This document shows, piece after piece, positions 49,288-64,000 of a stretch of 64,000 bases of DNA (positions are counted from its first letter, which is position 1; each line of letters starts with the position of its first letter). This DNA comes from Dictyostelium discoideum (lineage: Eukaryota), in NCBI GenBank assembly GCA_000004695.1, contig CM000153.2, positions 1,248,001-1,312,000 of the forward strand. The letters are read 5' to 3'. The position numbers were made by a program, and so were the translations under genes. The notes under the pieces are model-generated. The model worked only from the letters and a program-made list of their open reading frames with translations. It made no database searches and was not told the DNA's origin.

Positions 49288-50315
49288 ATGAGAGTATTAT
49301 TATCATTAGTTGTAATTTTATTCATTATAAATTCAGCCTTTGCTGTAAAGATTAATATTGGTCGTCCAACCAAATCACATAAAACTATCCATCACGAAAC
49401 TTGGGTAGAAGAACAAACTGATCAATTCGATAATATTAAAGTTGGCCAATTATTAGGTTTCAAGAGAAGTCCAAACAGACCAAAACTTCAAATTAAATCT
49501 TATGATCCATTAGGAGTTCAAATTCCAACTTCTTTCAATGCTCAAACCAACTGGCCAAATTGTACTACCATTAGTCAGATTCAAAATCAAGCAAGATGTG
49601 GTTCTTGGTATGTTTTTTCATTTATTTTTATTTTATAAAAAAACAACAACAAAAAATATATATGCTAATATTTATTTACATTTAAAAAAAATATTTTAGT
49701 TGGGCTTTTGGTGCTACAGAATCAGCTACTGATCGTTTATGTATTCACAATAATGAAAATGTTCAATTAAGTTTTATGGATATGGTTACTTGTGATGAAA
49801 CTGATAACGGTTGTGAAGGTGGTGATGCCTTCTCTGCATGGAATTGGTTAAGAAAGCAAGGTGCTGTATCAGAAGAATGTCTTCCATATACAATTCCAAC
49901 TTGTCCACCAGCTCAACAACCATGTTTAAATTTTGTCAACACTCCATCATGTACTAAAGAGTGTCAATCAAATTCCTCTTTAATTTATTCTCAAGACAAA
50001 CATAAAATGGCTAAAATTTATTCTTTCGACTCTGATGAAGCAATCATGCAAGAAATTGTTACTAATGGTCCAGTCGAAGCTTGTTTCACTGTCTTTGAAG
50101 ATTTCCTTGCTTACAAATCTGGTGTTTACGTCCACACAACTGGTAAAGATTTAGGTGGTCACTGTGTTAAACTCGTTGGTTTCGGTACCTTAAATGGTGT
50201 TGATTACTATGCCGCTAACAACCAATGGACAACTTCATGGGGTGATAATGGAACTTTCTTAATCAAACGTGGTGATTGCGGTATCTCTGATGACGTTGTT
50301 GCTGGTTTACCATAA
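49288..50315 (+). CDS. Cathepsin B-like papain-family cysteine protease; join(49288..49607,49700..50315) = 311 aa
   Basis: Signal peptide MRVLLSLVVILFIINSAFA. Exon 1 ends ..QARCGS with GTATGT at 49608 splitting the active-site Cys codon. Acceptor attttag (49699). Exon 2 CWAFGATESATDRLCIH... with occluding-loop-like Cys-rich segment, ..GGHCVKLVGFG..NQWTTSWGDNG (His/Asn region). Confidence 0.75.
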
Positions 50316-50442
50316 ATAAAAATAAGTTTTAAACATTTTGTAATTTTAATTTTTTTCTTTTTTCTTCTTTTTTATTGTATTAGCATTGGAATTTTTTTTT
50401 TTTTTTTTTTTTTTTTTTGACTTTAAAAAAAAGAATATATTC

Positions 50443-53400
50443 ATGGATAATTTGAAAGAAATATTATTTTGGAAAGTGTTTCATAATAAACCATTAAGGA
50501 ATTTGATTTTCTATCATATTCAAATAACAGAATGGGTAGAATATACAGATCCAATACAAATTAAACCAAATAATAGATTGAAATTTAAAGAAATAACTTC
50601 ATTAAAATTTTTATTAATGAATAAACTATACAAATTATTAAAATGTAAATTAGAACATGATGAATATATTGAAATTGGGGTAAAATCAGTTTCATTATTA
50701 TTTGAAAAAATTGAAAATTCAACAACAACAGAATCAATAACAGAATCAAAAACAACAACAACAGTAATAGAAGAAGAATAATAATAATAAAAATAAAAAA
50801 GATGAAAAGTTAAATTCAAATCTTAAGAAATTGCCAATTAAAATATTTAATTCATTTAAAAGTTTAAAAACAAAAAAAGAATTATTAAATTTAAAAATAC
50901 TTTCTTCATCTGGAATATCAGAGAAAGAATCTTTTAATCAATATTATAGTAAAGAGTTTAGTATTGATATTGAATATGAAGAGTTATTATTACAAATCTA
51001 TTATAAATATTATAAATATAATGAAGCAAAGGATAATATTGATTATAGTATTAATAAAATTGTAAATAGTGATAGTAACACCGATAAATTAAGAGAACTT
51101 CAAAAGTTGGTTATTATATCAACATTACTCAGTCCATTATATCAAGATTATTTTTTAAAGTATAGCGAGATTTAGAAGATTTTCACACTTTAAAACATGG
51201 AGTTGCGTCACCAATTGGCATTGATGCTAGTTCAAAGTTTATTACTCTTTACAAATACTTTTCAATATATGAAGGTAATGAAATTCTATTAGAAGAGATT
51301 AAAAATTTAATAAGTTCTAAAAATGTCAAATATTTCCCATTGATAGATTATATTGAATCAGATAGTGGCCACCAGGTGATATTTTGGTTTTTAAAGATAC
51401 ATTAATAATTGATTGGATAATAGAGTATAATTCACATATAAAGAATTTTTTAGCTCTATTCTCAGAATCATAGATTTCAATCAATCCAAGTACTAGAGTA
51501 TTTTGTTAGCTATAAATCAAAGGATAATCTTTATGGATTTACTTTAGAAAACTCAAGTTTATTTACATTTATCAATGCAATTTCTCAATGCAATATAGAG
51601 GAGTTACAATTTATTGATAGTTTAAATAGTAAATTATGTGGTGTTCCAAATGATCATAAATTCTTATCAACAAATTGTTCATTTCAACAACACCATGATT
51701 TACTAGTATACTTAAATTTAACTGGTTTCCATAGTTTTTCAAAACTAAATTTTACAAAGATTTGTAAAGAGTTTTTAGAAATTAATCAACTAGAATTTAA
51801 AAAAGTAAATTTAGAAGGGTTTTCTATTTTTGAAATAAATGAAATTTTTACTATTGCCTTGAAAAACTTGGATTTCAAATTTTTACATTTGATGGTAAAT
51901 TGCATGGATCCAAATTATTTTTCTGTAGATTTTCCGTATGGTTTAGAATCTACACCAAGAATAATTTTTAATAAACAGGGTGAAATTTATCAAATAGTTG
52001 GTGATTGTATTACTTCAATAATAAAATTAATGGAAATGTTTATAAATAAATTTATTGAGATACTAAATAACAATAATAATAACAATGGTAATCAACAAAA
52101 AAAAAAGAAAAAACCCTTTCAAATTCACATTTGGTATAATTTTAAATTTATATTATCAATCTACCAGTCATTTGGATCATCATCATCACTAAATGATGCA
52201 CAAGAGTATTATGACTGTATTAGAGATGATGATGATGATCCAAATGACTGGTAGATTGATAATACTGTATTAGAGACTGTGATTCTACTACTCACGGATT
52301 TAATATATTAAATCTCATATATTTAGTCTTGATTTTATTATTGGTTGTGGTCAAGAAGGTATATTTAAAAATTCATTTTACAATATTATCAATACGTTAA
52401 TTCATTGGTTATCAAATGAAAAATTTAACGATTTATCAAGTACAACTTTTCTTGGTCATTTTACAGTTATAAACAATGCAGTTCTAGAATTTTGTTTGAA
52501 TATTAAAAGAGTTGATTTATTTTTTGAACAGTTGGATTATATACAAGGTTACATAGATTTGGCAAATAAAAGTTATGGCTATAGATTAGATAGATCATTT
52601 CCTCATTATTCATTCACATATAGCTCACCCTCAACAACATTATTACCTTCTAGTTCATTAGTAATTCCTCAACAGGTATTGGAAAGAGTTTCCCATTTTA
52701 GTGAAAACCAAACAGCATTTCCAAAAGTCATCAATTCATTTAAATATTCAAAACAGGTGATTAGATTAGCAGGTGAAGTTTTAGGGTTAGAGTCAACTCA
52801 AAGGTTTATAGAGTACAATTTTTTAATATCTAAATTTCAGAAAAAATTATATAAAAGTACTATGGATAGTTGTAGATTGGATATAGCTAGTTTTTTATTA
52901 GAAAATTATGATATTCAAGGATTAAATTTCTCTTTAGGTAAATATAGAAATAATTCCTATTGTATCTATAGAGAGGTGCAATATTTACTTGAAAATCATT
53001 TTGATAAGGTCAAACATCTACATCTCGTTGATTCTCATAAATCACTTTCCAAGTTTCAAGATTTCAAATATAAATGTTCTATCTTTTTTCATATTAAATC
53101 AGATTCAATCCAATTTACTACACAAACTATTTAATTCTAATTCAACACAATCATTAAATGATATACTTAAAACAACATTTCCTCAAATTAAAAAATTATT
53201 TTATCAAACTGGTGTAAATGGTTATGAAAAAAGTGAACAAGATTTTTTAGTTTTTATCAATTCAACAAAAATCAAAAAGCAAAGAGAATCAATTGAAAAA
53301 TTAGAGTTATTTTATAATAATAATATTAAAGAGATAACAAAGATCTTGGATTCATTATTCGATAAATCCTACAAACAAGAAATATTACCAATTTTAAAAA

Positions 53401-53543
53401 AAGAAGAAAATAGATACGTTGACAAAAAAAATAATCTATTTGCAAAACATTTTAGTAGAGGTGAAATTGTATTATGTGAACTCATTTTAAAACACTATCC
53501 AAATCAATTCAAGATCTCAAATTATTTAATCAAAGTGCATTAA
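50443..53543 (+). pseudogene. About 3.1-kb array of coding-like ORF segments in shifting frames (at least 6 frame changes or in-frame stops, no intron-like AT islands between them): probable decayed paralog of the adjacent 53821..58170 gene
   Basis: Segments: 50443..50781 MDNLKEILFWKVFHNKPLRNLIF..; 50831..51175; 51178..51420; about 51480..52254 (...FKFLHLMVNCMDPNYFSVDFPYGLESTPRIIFNKQGEIYQIVGDCITS...); 52496..53134; 52989..53543. Base composition is exon-like throughout. The N-terminal LFWKVFHNKPL resembles EKLFWKIFRNSKL in the neighbouring intact gene. The C-terminal ..LFAKHFSRGEIVLCELILKHYPNQFKI resembles its ..AARYGHIDIFKHLYFNHYKI. Confidence 0.45.
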
Positions 53544-53820
53544 AATATAAAAATAACCACAGTTAATAATATTAGATCTGATAATCAATTATCACAAAAT
53601 TTAAGTGATTTATTTGATGTTTTATGAAATTTCATCAAATAATAAAGATTTTACCAAAAAAATAATCTTTATTAAAATATAAATTTTTTATTATTATTAT
53701 TTATATCTCTGCAAACTAGATTCTGACAAATGGGGTATGAATCCACCATTTAGTGCATTTAATTAGATAATTAAAAAAAAAAAAGGTATAGTTTCGAACA
53801 CTAAACATTTATTTATTTAT

Positions 53821-58170
<4,350 letters not shown>

Positions 58171-58467
58171 TTTTTTTAATAATAAAATTTTTCATATTTT
58201 CAATTTCCTTTTTAGTTTTTTATCTTTTTTTTTGTCTTTTTTTTTTTTTTATCTATTTTTTATTTTTTTTTTTTATTTTTTATTTTTTTTTATTCGTTTT
58301 TCGGTTTTGAAAAGATAAAAAAAAAAAAAAATAAAAAAATAAAAATAAAAATAAAAAATAAAAATGAAAAAAAAAAAAGCTTTTATATGAAAATCATTTT
58401 AAAACAAAAGAAAAAGATATTTTATGGTTAGGAAAATAAAAAAAAAAAAAAAAAAGATTTTTCCTGG

Positions 58468-58505
58468 TCTAAATTTAGCGGCCCCGATGTGTCCCACGCT
58501 TCTTG
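58468..58505. other. Isolated GC-rich island with hairpin potential (gtCCCACgcttcttgaaaGTGGGg) in AT-rich spacer; candidate small ncRNA or cis-element
   Basis: agcggccccgatgtgtcccacgcttcttgaaagtggggtaaaa is about 60% GC, whereas surrounding DNA is under 15% GC. cccac/gtggg form a 5-6-bp stem with an 11-nt loop. Confidence 0.3.
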
Positions 58506-58680
58506 AAAGTGGGGTAAAATAAATAGTATGATTTCTCTGGATATTTTGAACTGAATTTTTTTTTTTTTTTTTTTTTTAATTTTAAATTTTTTTTTTTTTT
58601 TTTACAATGAATCTTATTACATTATTAATTTTTATTTTTTTTAATTTTTTTATTTTTTTATTTTTTTTTTTACAATATAT

Positions 58681-59045
58681 CTAATTTTTGATATTATTTT
58701 TAATTGTTTCTCTGACTCTCATTAAAGTTTTACCTAATTGATTTCTACCTGAACCATCACCACCATCACCCCAATAACTATCATTTCCAGTATGTTCGAC
58801 AAGTGTGGCGTCACCTGTTTCTAATAAAACTAAAATAATTTACAATAAGTTAGTTTTATATTTTTTTAAAAAAAAAAAAAAATTTAAAAAAAAAAAAAAA
58901 AAACAAAATTCATACTTTTTTGAATATCTTTATGTTGAGAGAATTTTGCTAAACAAATTTCATACATGAGTTCATCTTTAACACCTTCCCAATCTTTTCT
59001 CAATGGACGTTTACGATCTCTACCTAAATTATTAAAAAAAAAAGG

Positions 59046-59078
<33 letters not shown>

Positions 59079-59437
59079 AAATTAATACTACACAGAAAAA
59101 AGATAATATCATTTTTGAAGAAAAGAAAAAAAAAAAAAAAAAATATCTACCCATTTTAGCACTATCACCAGGGGTTTTGGTGTTTAAAACATCATTAAAA
59201 TGTTGTGTGCCTTCGAATTTCATAGCCTGAAAAATGTGTTCTGATGTTTTTGCCACTAATAATAATAATAACAATGAAATTTTATATTAAAAAATATTCA
59301 TTTTTTTTTTAATTCATATATAATAGATACTAACAAACATTATTATAAAAAACAGTATGACGAGAGAAATTTGAAAATGGGCCATATGGAATCTCGTTTG
59401 GTCTATAAAAGTTTATAACATGTTCATCGTCTGACAT
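58681..59437 (-). CDS. NADAR (YbiA/DUF1768) domain protein; complement(join(58681..58829,58916..59024,59151..59255,59335..59437)), boundaries +/-1-2 nt
   Basis: Exon 1 MSDDEHVINFYRPNEIPYGPFSNFSRHTVFYNNV (FSNF motif), donor GTTAGT. Exon 2 (track ORF 59077..59274) ..AKTSEHIFQAMKFEGTQHFNDVLNTKTPGDSAKMG (EH..QA.KF motif), donor GTAGAT. Exon 3 (acceptor atttag) GRDRKRPLRKDWEGVKDELMYEICLAKFSQHKDIQK, donor GTATGA. Exon 4 ILLETGDATLVEHTGNDSYWGDGGDGSGRNQLGKTLMRVRETIKNNIKN* (W.DG.G.N.LG..LM.VR motif). The order and motifs match E. coli YbiA-type NADAR domains. By my character-level reading exon 3 contains one extra A (tttaaac vs expected tttaac), which would shift the frame. This needs checking against the real sequence. 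Confidence 0.5.
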
Positions 59438-59486
59438 TTTATTATTATTTTGTTTATTTTCTTTATGGATTGATTAAATTGAAATG

Positions 59487-59518
<32 letters not shown>

Positions 59519-59684
59519 TTTAAAATAAAAAAAAAAAAGGGAATTTAAAAGGAAAAAAAAATAAAAAAAAAATAAATAAAAAATAAAATAAATTAATTTA
59601 TTTTTCAAAGAAATCAAAAAAATTAAAGAAAATGACTATTTTTATTTTTATTTTTATTTTTATTTTTATTTTTATTTTTATTTT

Positions 59685-59907
59685 TTAATATTCGTTATTC
59701 GTATTTGTAAAGGCAGATTGTTTATTACTTAAATAATTATAACATTTTGAATAGGTTTTCCTATCTTTTCCCTCTAATTTACTACGAACTAATTCAATTA
59801 ACATTCCATCTGTATCATAACAATAATTATCTAAATTAAAACCTAATTCAACTGATACTTTTTTTAAAACATTATAATTCACATTATTATTTATATTATT
59901 ATTTTTA

Positions 59908-60002
<95 letters not shown>

Positions 60003-61325
60003 GTTATTATTATTATTATTATTATCATTATTATTATTATTATTATTTTCCAATTTTTGAGGTGATTGTTGTTGTTGATTTTTATTAATATGATTAGTAT
60101 CAAAAGCTTTCATTCTATCTTTCATTTCTTGCATTTTTGTAAAAATGAATTTATGTTCTAAATTATCTTTTTCTTCTTTTGTTAAATTTAAACCAGCCAA
60201 ATTTAATTTCTTTGAGATAACTTTAAAAATACCATCTATACTAAAGTTAAATCTTTTATAGAAATCAACCATATGATTCTCAATAAATTCTCTAATAAAA
60301 ACTTGTTCTAAAATTTGTTGAGTTGAAAATCTTGATTCTGGATTCTTATTTAATAATTTAAATAATAATGAACTTAATTCTTCATTGGGACTGAATTTTA
60401 TTTTTTAAAAAATAATATCAGAATGTATTAATATTAAAAATAAAAATAATATTAAAATAGTTGAAAAAAACACACTTACTGATTAACTGGTTTAAATATA
60501 GTAGATTCAGTTTGAATGTTTCTCATTACAGTTTCTTTTCTACCATCAAATGGTAATGATAAGGTCATTAATTCATATAATACGACGCCTAAAGACCAAA
60601 TATCCGTTTTGTTAGTGTATGGTTTTTTATTACATATTTCGTAGGAAACATATTGTGGAGTACCAGCAGTTGTATTTGCGTATAGATCAGTTTCAGACAT
60701 TAATTTTGAAACACCAAAATCTGCAATCTTTAATAACGGTATTGAATCATTACTACTACCACTACCACTACCACTACCACTACCACTATCACTACTTGAT
60801 AAAACTATATTCTTTGGTTTTATATCCCTGTGAATTATATTTTGTGAATGAATATAATTTAATGCAATAACTAATTGACAAAAGTAATGCATAATTTCAA
60901 AATCTGAAAATGGTTTACCACTTCTTTTTTGATTTTCAATTTTTTGAAATAAATCTCCATTCTCTGCAAATTCCATTATAATTACATAATTACCATTCTC
61001 AAAGAATGAATCATTCAATTTAACCACATTAACATGATCCATCACTGTTAAAATTTTACCTTCTTCTAATACTTTTTCAATATTCTCTTGATTATTTACT
61101 TGTATTGATTTTTTACAAAATACTTGACCACTTTCTTTGTGGGTAACTATTATTATTTTAATTTTGATTTTTTAAAATTAATTTAAAATACTAGGGAGAA
61201 AAAAAAAAAAAAAAAAAAAATAGTTTCTAAACACACAAACCTTTAAATGTATTTCCATATGATCCTGATCCAATTTGACTTTTTATTAGGTACTTATCTG
61301 CTGGAGAGTTCTTTTTTTTAATCAT
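59685..61325 (-). CDS. Ser/Thr protein kinase, NEK-like catalytic domain + C-terminal domain with 50-residue poly-Asn; complement(join(59685..60390,60480..61146,61241..61325)) = 485 aa
   Basis: Exon 1 MIKKKNSPADKYLIKSQIGSGSYGNTFKG (GxGxxG), donor GTTTGT. Exon 2 (acceptor aataatag 61147) VTHKESGQVFCKKSI...MDHVNVVKL..HRDIKPKNIVL..(SG)n insert..KIADFGVSKL...GTPQYVSYEICNKKPYTNKTDIWSLGVVLYEL (NEK-type activation/P+1 region), donor GTAAGT at 60479. Exon 3 (acceptor aaattcag 60391) HPNEELSSLLFKLLNKNPESRFSTQQILEQVFI... then (AAT)n. Confidence 0.7.
59911..60047. repeat. (ATT)n, about 45 units, imperfect (coding poly-Asn on minus strand of kinase gene)
   Basis: Direct reading. Confidence 0.9.
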
Positions 61326-61697
61326 TGTTTTTTTTTTTTTTTTTTTTCAAAAACAAAAAAGCCAAAAAAAAAAAGCGAAAAATCTTTTTAACCAAAAAAA
61401 AAAAAAATAAAAAAACAATTCAATTTGGCGAACTCGATTACTGAGAGAAAACAAAAAAAAAAGAAAACTGTTTTATTTATTTTTATATTTATTTATTTTT
61501 TGATATTTATATTTATATAATTTTATCAACACCAATTTTTGAATTTAAAATTTCTAATCTATCCTTAAATCTTTCTTTTCTTATTTTGTAATTTTGAGTA
61601 AAACTATATATATTAAAAAAAAAAATATATATATATATTTATTAATAACTTTTAAAATAAAAAATAAAAAATAAAAAAATTAAAAATTAAATTATAA

Positions 61698-63425
<1,728 letters not shown>

Positions 63426-63759
63426 TTTTATTTATTTTGTTATTATTTTAAACTTTATTACTATTTTTTATTTTTTTTTTATTTGTTATTTAATATTAAA
63501 AGATATAATTGTTTTATGAATTTATTTTTATTTACTTTAATTATTATTGTTATTATTTTTTTTTTTATATACAAATGTTATTAAATAATATTTATTAAAA
63601 AGAGATGAATTGAAATTATTATTATTTTTTTTTTTTTATTATTTATTTAATTTTATTTTTAATTTTATTTTTTATTTTTTTGTAATTTATTGTTTTTGGT
63701 AAGTTGTTAATTAATTTATAAATTTACAGCTATTGTTATTTGCTACCCAACATTACAAA

Positions 63760-63797
<38 letters not shown>

Positions 63798-64000
63798 TTT
63801 TTTTTTTACATTTTTTATTTTTTTGCGATTTTGGGCGGCAAATTTTCAATTTAAATAACACAACCCCAAACCATTTATTAAAAAATATTAAAAAAATAAG
63901 ATGAAAATTCAGATATTAGATTTATTAACTTTCCAATTTGTTTAAATAGATTTATTAAAAAAAAAACAAAATAAAAAATAATAATAAATAATAATTTGAA

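Noticed and set aside
59077-59274. Treating every track 'M' as ATG
   Set aside because: The track ORF 59077..59274 starts at TTG, so the track uses alternative start codons. Track starts are not evidence of real initiation sites, and several real genes start upstream in separate exons (sir2A, RhoGAP, NADAR, kinase).

Overview
The window is a eukaryotic nuclear segment with the hallmarks of Dictyostelium discoideum. It is about 75-80% A+T, has long poly(A)/poly(T) intergenic tracts, (AAT/CAA)n codon runs giving poly-Asn/Gln/Ser, and short 75-340 nt AT-rich GTAAGT...AG introns. Nothing prokaryotic (operons, CRISPR) or rRNA/tRNA-like was found. I can support about 24 protein-coding genes on both strands. 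They are: an F-BAR/RhoGAP protein; a signal-peptide protein with an HCx5R phosphatase P-loop; a Cwc25-type splicing factor; a filamin-repeat membrane protein; a small HECT E3; an UNC93-like MFS protein; two tandem paralogous P-loop GTPase-like genes; an alpha/beta hydrolase; a zf-UBP + sirtuin (sir2A-like, 512 aa after splicing); a PP2C with a long low-complexity N-terminus; a small tail-anchored protein; a 997-aa PurC-PurE-PurK fusion (purC/E-like); a secreted GHSxGG hydrolase; a YeeE/YedE (TsuA-like) sulfur-transporter-family membrane protein; two tandem LRR + TIG/EGF-like type I receptor-like paralogs; a cathepsin-B-like protease; a roughly 3.1-kb decayed ORF array (probable pseudogene) paralogous to the adjacent convergent 1449-aa gene; a NADAR/YbiA-domain gene; a NEK-like kinase; and a Q/H/S/N-rich low-complexity protein. 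Other features are a 100-N assembly gap, a roughly 340-bp segmental duplication carrying a pseudo-exon, several direct or inverted intergenic repeats, CA-rich/G-box-like promoter motifs, and an isolated GC-rich hairpin island. Caveat: the ORF track uses non-ATG starts (for example TTG at 59274). In 59143-59220 my base-level reading of the raw text is offset by 1 nt relative to the track, so exon boundaries there are +/-1-2 nt.
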